Shown here piece after piece: positions 14,540 through 21,408 of a DNA stretch of 32,000 nucleotides. The stretch spans positions 1,380,001-1,412,000 of the forward strand of contig OY781039.1 of NCBI GenBank assembly GCA_963676105.1. The letters are read 5' to 3'. Origin of the DNA: Erysipelotrichaceae bacterium (lineage in GTDB: Bacteria > Bacillota_I > Bacilli_A > Erysipelotrichales > Erysipelotrichaceae). A program made the position numbers and the translations under genes. The notes beneath the pieces are model-generated. The model was not told the origin of the DNA. It searched no databases and worked only from the letters and a program-made list of their open reading frames with translations. Within the stretch, counting starts at the first letter, position 1, and the number at the start of each line of letters is the position of its first letter.

Positions 14540-15376
14540 TTAATTCTTTGGTCTAACATTACCACTACTAATCGCTTCTTCTTTTGCGTCTAATGGTAAC
14601 CACTGTAGGACTTTGTAAATATACGCGTCCCAGAAAACCCAATCATGACCACCAGGTCCTTCGTCGTATTTCACATCAAATTTTAAGTTTTGTAAATAAT
14701 CTCTAAACGCACGATTACTTTCTATTAAATGATCTTCAGTTCCACATGCAATATAAATATGTGGACGATCTTTTTTCTTTAAACTTGTAGCCAAAGTTTG
14801 ATAATCTTTATCACTTCCAACAAGTTTACTTAAATCACCAAATACTGATATAAGCTCATTTCGCGAAAGAATAGCATTTCTATCTCCATCCTTTGTTTTC
14901 GCAAAATCTTCAATAATAAAGGCGGCTGAAAGAGCTGCGACATAACCAAAGGTCTTCGCATACTTCAAACCATTTATCATCGCGCCATAGCCACCCATCG
15001 ATAATCCCGCAATAAAAGTATCTTCTTTTTTGTGAGACAAGTTAAACATGCGGCGTGTGATATCTACCAATTCTTCGCCAATAAACTTTGAATAGTATTC
15101 TCCTGATAATTCATTATCGACATAAAATTTATTTTCTCCGGATGGCATAATGACAGCTAAGTTTTGATCTTCTGCCCACTTTTGTATACGTGTTCCACTA
15201 ACCCAATCAGTATAGTTACCAAATATCCCATGAAGTAAATAAAGAGTTTTATAGGGACCTCTTACTATTTCTTGTTTCATCTCACCAAAAACAAGTTTGT
15301 CAGCAGGTAAGATGACATTAAAGGTTATTGTCCGTCGTAAATATTTTGAAAAAATATTAAATGTTCCTAAAGCCAT
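14540..15376 (-). CDS. Esterase (esterase D / tributyrin esterase-like alpha/beta hydrolase)
   Basis: 278 aa with the GLSMGGYGA nucleophile elbow, an LHG oxyanion segment and a C-terminal GGHDW. The RBS is AAGGAG. Confidence 0.9.
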   Translation of the reverse strand: MALGTFNIFSKYLRRTITFNVILPADKLVFGEMKQEIVRGPYKTLYLLHGIFGNYTDWVSGTRIQKWAEDQNLAVIMPSGENKFYVDNELSGEYYSKFIGEELVDITRRMFNLSHKKEDTFIAGLSMGGYGAMINGLKYAKTFGYVAALSAAFIIEDFAKTKDGDRNAILSRNELISVFGDLSKLVGSDKDYQTLATSLKKKDRPHIYIACGTEDHLIESNRAFRDYLQNLKFDVKYDEGPGGHDWVFWDAYIYKVLQWLPLDAKEEAISSGNVRPKN

Positions 15377-15390
15377 AATGATTCTCCTTA

Positions 15391-16830
15391 TTAGTTATAC
15401 TTCTTTTCTTCATTAATATTAGACTGATTCGGTTTATGAATTGGTCTAAATAAATCTTTCAAAATTTCAAAAGATAGATTCATATAAATATCTAATGCAT
15501 CATAATATTGTTCATCGTAACGCGGAAAAGTGACATCTAAATCCTTTACCTCATGTTTCTTCTTATCTGTTAATAAAACTGCCCCAAGAATACTCGCATC
15601 AAATGCCTTTTGAATAGTTACTTTTTCTTCAAATATATCCGCAACCATTTGCGTAATACCAGATATTTCAAAAACACCTCCGCTTAAATAAATTTCTTTA
15701 GAACGACCGCCATTCTCTTCTAAAATACTTAAAACATTTCTTAGGTTAAATAAGATTCCTTCAACAACGGCTCGTATCATATGTTCTTTCTTATGATAGT
15801 GTTTTAAACCAAAGAATTGTCCACTCACTGCATTTTCCCAGTAAGGTGCTCTTTCACCATGAATGTGTGGCAAAAAGACTAAACCTTCACAGCCTGGTTC
15901 GATTTGTTCTAATATATTTGGTAAGTCTTTATAAAACTTTTTAGGATTATCATAAAACAACTGACTAACCCAATCTAGTGTATTTCCACCATTATTAACT
16001 GAACCTCCAATGACGTAGACACCTTTCTTTAAGTAATAACAGAATGTTCTACCTAGAGGATCTAAAACAGGTTTCTTCACAGTCATTCGAACAGCTCCAC
16101 TTGTCCCAAGTGTTAAAGTTGTTTGACCTTTGAGTAAAGCATTAGTACCTAAGTTAACTAAACAACCATCGCTTGCGCCAACCGTAACATTAAATTCATA
16201 ATCTTTAGCTTTAAACTTCGCATTTGTATCTACAAGTTTTGGCAAATAAGATTCATCGATCCCTAAGAAATTTAAAATATCTTCATTCCATTCTAGTGTA
16301 TGAATATTCATTAAGCCGGTTGCGGATGCAATCGAATAATCCATCACAAACTCACCTGTAAGTAAGAAAATGATATATTCCTTGATTCCCATAAAATGTA
16401 ATCCTGGTTTTATAAAATCAGCATTCTTATAATAAAGAAGTTTTGCGAAAGGACTCATTGGATGTATCGGTGTTCCTGTTTTTTGGTAAAAACTTAACCA
16501 ATCTTCAGTTTCTTTAAATTTGCGAATATCTTGATCTGCACGCGCATCTGCCCAAATCATATTCTGGGTAAATGGCATATTCTCTTTAATAGCCAAAATC
16601 AAAGAATGCATCGCAGACGAAAAACTAATATCCGTTACATTTTTATTGTTTAATTCATTTATACAGACATAAACAGCTTCAACTACAGCCTTTACATTCT
16701 GTTCATAATGACCATATTGATCGACCACTGAGGGTACCTCAATATTAATCTTCTTCTTAACCTTATATGCTTCATCAAAGAGAACCGCTTTTATATTACT
16801 CGTTCCAATGTCTATACCTATTTTGCTCAT
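15391..16830 (-). CDS. FGGY-family carbohydrate kinase (gluconokinase-like)
   Basis: N-terminal IGIDIGTSNIKA, plus GTSGAVR and NNGGN motifs as in the GntK/xylulokinase family. Confidence 0.9.
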   Translation of the reverse strand: MSKIGIDIGTSNIKAVLFDEAYKVKKKINIEVPSVVDQYGHYEQNVKAVVEAVYVCINELNNKNVTDISFSSAMHSLILAIKENMPFTQNMIWADARADQDIRKFKETEDWLSFYQKTGTPIHPMSPFAKLLYYKNADFIKPGLHFMGIKEYIIFLLTGEFVMDYSIASATGLMNIHTLEWNEDILNFLGIDESYLPKLVDTNAKFKAKDYEFNVTVGASDGCLVNLGTNALLKGQTTLTLGTSGAVRMTVKKPVLDPLGRTFCYYLKKGVYVIGGSVNNGGNTLDWVSQLFYDNPKKFYKDLPNILEQIEPGCEGLVFLPHIHGERAPYWENAVSGQFFGLKHYHKKEHMIRAVVEGILFNLRNVLSILEENGGRSKEIYLSGGVFEISGITQMVADIFEEKVTIQKAFDASILGAVLLTDKKKHEVKDLDVTFPRYDEQYYDALDIYMNLSFEILKDLFRPIHKPNQSNINEEKKYN

Positions 16831-16836
16831 AGATTT

Positions 16837-16842
16837 ATTATA
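16837..16842 (-). promoter_or_regulatory. Candidate -10 box (TATAAT) 6 nt upstream of the kinase ATG (possible leaderless mRNA)
   Basis: The minus strand reads TTAATA-18 nt-TATAATaaatctATG. There is no SD. Confidence 0.4.
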
Positions 16843-16877
16843 CTTGTTCTTATCTATATTTATTAAAAATAAACTGT

Positions 16878-16885
16878 GCTAATCT
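16878..16885 (+). promoter_or_regulatory. Candidate extended -10 (TGcTAATCT) 6 nt upstream of the rpiR-like ATG
   Basis: gTGcTAATCTagaagtATG. There is no properly spaced SD. Confidence 0.3.
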
Positions 16886-16891
16886 AGAAGT

Positions 16892-17722
16892 ATGATAATC
16901 GATAAAATAAAAGAACTATCAAATCTAACTAATCAGGAACAAGCTGTAGCTGATTATATTGTTGAAAATCCTTCTCAAATATTATCCATGACGATGGCTG
17001 ATCTTTCTTTAGCTTCCTATACGAGTGATGCGACGATTATTCGTTTATGTAAGAAACTTGGATTCAGAGGTTTCACAGATTTTAAATATTACTTCGCTTC
17101 TCAATATCATGATATTTTAGATAATCAAAAAATAAATGAATCAGAGTTTTTAGCAAACAAACTCGCGTTTAGAGATCTAAATGATTTATATCCAAACTCC
17201 ATTAAAAAAGCGATAGATCAAACAAAAGATAATATCTCTTTATCTCAATTAAATAAAATTGCATCCAACATTTTTGAAAGTAAGAAAATTTTGTTCTATG
17301 GATTAAACACTTCGTATTCAATTGCCGATGTATATTCGAAAAGGTTTTCTGAATTAGGCTTAGATGTCATTGCGGAAACAAATTTTAACTTTCATTTATT
17401 AAGTTACTTATATACAAATAAGATCCCTTCATATGCCATCTTAATTTCTATGTCAGGTAAAAATACGATGATGGTTGAAACAGCACATAAATTAAAAGAA
17501 CTTGGAATTCCATTTCTTGCGATTGCCCATAATTCAACTGAATTCACTAAACTAGCAGATGAATTCATTAAGGTTTCATACGAAGAAATAGAGGTATTAA
17601 ATAGAGGCTTATTTATATTTGGTGCACATTATGTCTTAGAAATGATATACCAATATTTATATCTTCATAGAATAAAAAATATCGACAATATTGTCGAAAC
17701 AATGCATAAGTTATTTTCATAA
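16892..17722 (+). CDS. MurR/RpiR-family transcriptional regulator (HTH + SIS domain)
   Basis: The N-terminal HTH_6 pattern (LTNQEQAVADYIVENP...ASYTSDATIIRLCKKLGFRGFTDFK) is followed by a SIS-like domain. Confidence 0.9.
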   Translation: MIIDKIKELSNLTNQEQAVADYIVENPSQILSMTMADLSLASYTSDATIIRLCKKLGFRGFTDFKYYFASQYHDILDNQKINESEFLANKLAFRDLNDLYPNSIKKAIDQTKDNISLSQLNKIASNIFESKKILFYGLNTSYSIADVYSKRFSELGLDVIAETNFNFHLLSYLYTNKIPSYAILISMSGKNTMMVETAHKLKELGIPFLAIAHNSTEFTKLADEFIKVSYEEIEVLNRGLFIFGAHYVLEMIYQYLYLHRIKNIDNIVETMHKLFS

Positions 17723-17727
17723 AAAAA

Positions 17728-17793
17728 GCTGTAACGCTTCTCGATGAGCTATTAACCTTTCACTGGTTAATTGCTTTTCTATTTTGTTACAGC
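17728..17793. terminator. Nested bidirectional terminator between convergent genes
   Basis: The outer stem GCTGTAAC/GTTACAGC (17728-35 / 17786-93) encloses the inner hairpin ATTAACC-tttcact-GGTTAAT (17751-71). It is flanked by A7 on one side and catattttt on the other. Confidence 0.55.
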
Positions 17794-17810
17794 CATATTT
17801 TTACACGTTA

Positions 17811-18233
17811 TTAGAATAAACTATCATCTTTGTCAAATTTTGGTTTTATTTTCCAATCTACATTCTTTATTTGATCTTTTGATTTTTCAACATAATCAGT
17901 TAATTCATCAAAACTTAATTCATCAACTTTTAATACAATTTCCATCACTATAGGTAAATTAATTCCGCTAACAATTAACACATTTGGATAGTTTTTTTTG
18001 ATTGCTGCTTTTACGAAATTTTGATTTACACTACCATATTGGATATCAGTACATACAATGAGTTGATCATCATCGTTTAGTTGATTGAATAAATCTTCAA
18101 TATCTGACTCTTTGTGGTTTCCATTATAGAAACACATTGTTTGTAGATTCTCACGAGGACCACAAACAATATCTAATGTATCTTTAAATCCATCAGCGAG
18201 CGACCCATGCGTCGCAATTACTATTTTTTTGAT
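17811..18233 (-). CDS. PTS mannose-family EIIA component, probable non-canonical ATC start
   Basis: The track ORF starts at Met 18137, but the frame is open to 18272. The region upstream encodes (I)KKIVIATHGSLADGFKDTLDIVCG, the conserved EIIA-Man N-terminus with the His. AAAGGAG lies 10 nt upstream of ATC 18231-18233, and no ATG, GTG or TTG is available. Confidence 0.65.
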   Translation of the reverse strand: MKKIVIATHGSLADGFKDTLDIVCGPRENLQTMCFYNGNHKESDIEDLFNQLNDDDQLIVCTDIQYGSVNQNFVKAAIKKNYPNVLIVSGINLPIVMEIVLKVDELSFDELTDYVEKSKDQIKNVDWKIKPKFDKDDSLF

Positions 18234-18265
18234 AACTTGGGCGCTCCTTTCTACTAAATTATTTT

Positions 18266-19123
18266 CTAGACTTTAAGTGGACTGTTAATAAGGTTTAAAT
18301 GATTTTGATATTCATTTGTCCCAAACAAAGCATCTCTTGTGTTAATAAGTTCTACCTTGTTGTTTATAACCCATTCTTTTATTTCATTCGAGGTAAGAGC
18401 ATCAACATCGATAACTCTTGCTTCACCTAAGCTTGACTCATTTAGAACATATGGATCTAAATATCCTGGATGCCATGCAGTTAATGCAATCTCTTTATCC
18501 ATGATATCACCTTCATCGTTCACATAATAAGCCGTTGGGTTATATTTACGACGATCTTCATATCTTTCACTATAACAAACTTTGTACACTGTTGCAGGTT
18601 GGTTTGGCATATAAATATTTAAATGTTTGTATGCTTCATATGCACTAACTAAATTGCCTTCACGATCTGGTTTATCAGCAAAATTCATTGCGATACCAAA
18701 TTCTTTACAAATATCCATTCTAGCTTTTTCAAAATCACTTCCATTATCTTGAATCCAGGTTGAATCAGGAGCACGACCCAAAACCTTCATACAAAGTTCA
18801 ATCTGTGCTCTTGACTCACGATATACATCATCGTAAGAACAGGTTTTTTTCAATGATTGATCCTTACGAAATTTAAACTTTCCTTCACTATTAACCATAG
18901 AAGGAACTTCTTTTGGATCTAATACAGGACTTCCCCAAAAGTGCGCGTGCCAACCAATACTAATCCATGGATAATCCTTCATGCGAGTTAAGGCATCCAT
19001 AGTACCTGGAGTATCGAACATGAGGTCGACAGTTGTCACAATTCCATTATCGATGGCTTTGAAAGTTCCATCATTATGAGTTTTTGTATAACCTACATCA
19101 TCTGCTCTTACGATAAGTTTCAT
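18266..19123 (-). CDS. ChbG/YdjC-family carbohydrate deacetylase (paralog of 1116-1949)
   Basis: The N-terminal IVRADDVGYT...AIDNGIV and WHAHFWG motifs are typical of the family. The RBS is GAGGA. Confidence 0.85.
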   Translation of the reverse strand: MKLIVRADDVGYTKTHNDGTFKAIDNGIVTTVDLMFDTPGTMDALTRMKDYPWISIGWHAHFWGSPVLDPKEVPSMVNSEGKFKFRKDQSLKKTCSYDDVYRESRAQIELCMKVLGRAPDSTWIQDNGSDFEKARMDICKEFGIAMNFADKPDREGNLVSAYEAYKHLNIYMPNQPATVYKVCYSERYEDRRKYNPTAYYVNDEGDIMDKEIALTAWHPGYLDPYVLNESSLGEARVIDVDALTSNEIKEWVINNKVELINTRDALFGTNEYQNHLNLINSPLKV

Positions 19124-19141
19124 TCATATCCTCAATTCTAA

Positions 19142-19966
19142 TTACATAATTCCAAAGAAAGATAAAGCAATACCTAAAACAATCATACCCATCGCGATTT
19201 TAGTAATAGATACTTTACGTTTGATAAGTTTATATACACCAAATACTGTAATAATCGCCAATAATTCTGGAACGATTTGATCAAACATTGTTTGTAATCC
19301 AACAGATGTTTCACCAAATGTAATAGCTAGTGTTGTATTAACGTTCATTAAACTTGATACTAATCCACCAACCATCATTAAACCTAAGATAGATGCTGAT
19401 TTAGTTAAACTTTTAATCAAGCCTTTTTCAAATAAATCTTTAAGGTATTGAGTTCCTAATGTGTATCCAGCTTTACAAAGTGGATATTTAATCGCTAAGA
19501 AAGTACCACCATAGATAATCATGAAGATAAATGCACCTAGAATATTTCCTTCTAAGGCGAAATTAATCCCAATACCAGCACCAATAACACGTAGTGTAAT
19601 ATGGAAGATTGAATCTCCAATACCAGCCAATGGTCCCATTAAAGATGCTTTGATGTTGGTAATCATGTCACTTGTGACACCTTTACCTTCTGCTTTTTGT
19701 TTTTCTAAAGCATAAACTAAACCTAATAAGAATGCACCGAAACTAGCATGCGTATTAATAAATGTATCATGGCGTTGAAGTGCTTCAGCCATTTTTTCTT
19801 TATCACCATCATAGAGTTCTGCAAGTGCTGGAATTAAGGCATATGTAAATCCCATCGCTTGACGTTTGATAGCTTGCATTGAGCCATTCAATAGATTTGA
19901 TCTTAAAGTGATTCTTTGAAGAGTCTTTTTCTCTTGAGCACTAAGCCCTACTGCTTTAGTTGTCAT
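19142..19966 (-). CDS. PTS mannose-family EIID component
   Basis: 274 aa with a typical IID N-terminal region and TM pattern. It overlaps IIC by ATGA. Confidence 0.95.
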   Translation of the reverse strand: MTTKAVGLSAQEKKTLQRITLRSNLLNGSMQAIKRQAMGFTYALIPALAELYDGDKEKMAEALQRHDTFINTHASFGAFLLGLVYALEKQKAEGKGVTSDMITNIKASLMGPLAGIGDSIFHITLRVIGAGIGINFALEGNILGAFIFMIIYGGTFLAIKYPLCKAGYTLGTQYLKDLFEKGLIKSLTKSASILGLMMVGGLVSSLMNVNTTLAITFGETSVGLQTMFDQIVPELLAIITVFGVYKLIKRKVSITKIAMGMIVLGIALSFFGIM

Positions 19967-20733
19967 TCAAATAATTCCTCCTCTTTTGAAGATGATGCAT
20001 TAGTATTTTTCTCAGCATCGATGAAGTAGAAGATTAATGCTGTTGCACCTGCAACTAAAGCAATCCCCATAGTTCCAATACCTAAGTAAGCTGCTAATAC
20101 AAAACCGATAACCATGAATCCAGCCAATTCTTTTTTGTAGATCATAGTTAATAAGATACCTAAACCAACAGCTGGGAATAAAGCACCTGCTGCTTTTAAA
20201 CCACCAAGAATAAATGGAGGTAATACATCAAAGAATGCTACGACTGCATCTCCGCCTAACCAAACACCTAAGAAGATAACGATAGTGTGGAAGAAACGTG
20301 AGAAGATAATACGATAAGATTGTTGGAATGCTGAATACTTTTTATAGTCACCAGCAGCCGCAAATTTTTCAAACCACTTAATTAAATAAGCGTGCATTGG
20401 TAATACAAATGTGTTAATATTTCTAGCTAATGTACCAATTGGGAAGGAGATAGCCAAACCTGCTTCCATTGAGATACCACCTTTAATAACATATGTGACA
20501 ACTAATGCTGTTGCTACATAAGCATCTGCTGGTGCCCCACCACCGATACTAACAATACCCATATAGATGGCTTCTAACATACCACCTAAGATGACTCCAG
20601 TTTGGAAATCACCTAATACTAAACCAAAGATTGGTCCAGCAACAATTGGTCTAACTAAAGCTTGCCATGAAAATGATTCATCGATCCAATAGACTAACCA
20701 ATACGTTAACGCTACTATAAACGCTGTTCCCAT
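19963..20733 (-). CDS. PTS mannose-family EIIC component
   Basis: 256 aa polytopic membrane protein between IIB and IID. Confidence 0.95.
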   Translation of the reverse strand: MGTAFIVALTYWLVYWIDESFSWQALVRPIVAGPIFGLVLGDFQTGVILGGMLEAIYMGIVSIGGGAPADAYVATALVVTYVIKGGISMEAGLAISFPIGTLARNINTFVLPMHAYLIKWFEKFAAAGDYKKYSAFQQSYRIIFSRFFHTIVIFLGVWLGGDAVVAFFDVLPPFILGGLKAAGALFPAVGLGILLTMIYKKELAGFMVIGFVLAAYLGIGTMGIALVAGATALIFYFIDAEKNTNASSSKEEELFE

Positions 20734-20759
20734 ATTATAAATTCCTTTCTTTTCCTTTT

Positions 20760-21239
20760 TTAGATAAGATTACTGATTTTTTGCGGAGGTAGTGTAGGAG
20801 TCATTTGATAATAACTATTTGGTCTTAGTTGAACAATTTTCTTGAAGATTTCAACTTCTTCAACTGTAACACCAAATGAAGTATCAATCATTCTACGTTC
20901 TATGCCGTCATCAATCATTCCAACATTACCAACATTTACATCTGGTAATCCTTCAACACTTTCTAATAATTTAAGTGCTGTTGAAGCTTTTTTGACTAAT
21001 ACAAGAATGTTTTTTGTCGCAACACGTGGATCATTCAATAGTGGAATCGCATCAACTTCTGATCTAACCACAACTTTGATATCACCAGGAGCTGCCATTT
21101 TGAGTGACATAATCGCAACATCATCTTTCGCTGTACCATCATCAACTATAACGATGCTATCAACGTTCAATGCAGTGCACCATGCTACAGCAACTTGACC
21201 ATGAATGAGTCTTTCATCAATTCTGAATCCTTTAAACAT
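20760..21239 (-). CDS. PTS mannose/sorbose-family EIIB component
   Basis: Contains the FRIDERLIHGQV motif. The start is set at ATG 21237-21239, preceded by AGGAGG; the track start at 21266 lies upstream of that RBS. Confidence 0.9.
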   Translation of the reverse strand: MFKGFRIDERLIHGQVAVAWCTALNVDSIVIVDDGTAKDDVAIMSLKMAAPGDIKVVVRSEVDAIPLLNDPRVATKNILVLVKKASTALKLLESVEGLPDVNVGNVGMIDDGIERRMIDTSFGVTVEEVEIFKKIVQLRPNSYYQMTPTLPPQKISNLI

Positions 21240-21349
21240 AAATCCTCCTACGCGATGTCTTCGCAAATCATAAGCGAGTAGTGTGTGTTAGTTTTAATTG
21301 TTTTTCGGCGGCCGTCCTACAAACAAATCAACTAATCACTTTCGCAAAC

Positions 21350-21375
21350 ATAGAATATCAATTCTATAAATTATA
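21350..21375 (-). promoter_or_regulatory. Candidate -10 box (TATAAT 21370-21375) followed by palindrome ATAGAAT-N4-ATTCTAT (21350-21367)
   Basis: The minus strand reads caaTATAATttATAGAATtgatATTCTATg. The palindrome covers the expected transcription start of the PTS-2 operon. Confidence 0.35.
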
Positions 21376-21388
21376 TTGTTTTAGTGTT

Positions 21389-21408
21389 TTGCATTAATAT
21401 TCATGCAA
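21389..21408. promoter_or_regulatory. Perfect palindrome TTGCAT-N8-ATGCAA (operator candidate) overlapping the regulator stop codon
   Basis: The arms are at 21389-21394 and 21403-21408. It sits over the -35 position relative to TATAAT 21370-21375. It has the same geometry as the palindromes at 23421-23440 and 25177-25196. Confidence 0.5.

Noticed and set aside
14540-15376. Stop-codon read-through fusing the esterase to the GyrI-like fragment
   Set aside because: The shared frame has a 1-in-3 chance probability, TAA is an efficient stop, and no read-through context or recoding signal is evident. A deletion remnant is the simpler explanation.
19521-21198. Plus-strand ORFs 19521-19715 and 20842-21198, antisense to EIID-2 and EIIB-2 (likewise 6282-6506 in EIIA-1)
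   Set aside because: For the same reason, these are antisense shadows of well-supported genes with no translation signals.
21306-21317. GC-rich cggcggccgtcc as a hairpin or terminator
   Set aside because: The self-complementary part (CGGC/GCCG) leaves a loop of at most 1 nt, so no stable hairpin can form. It is kept only as an unexplained composition island.
21240-21393. RAT/terminator antitermination switch for a BglG/LicT-type regulator
   Set aside because: The regulators are about 650-aa DNA-binding PRD activators, not about 280-aa RNA-binding antiterminators. No terminator hairpin with an overlapping RAT-like sequence could be folded in the leader.
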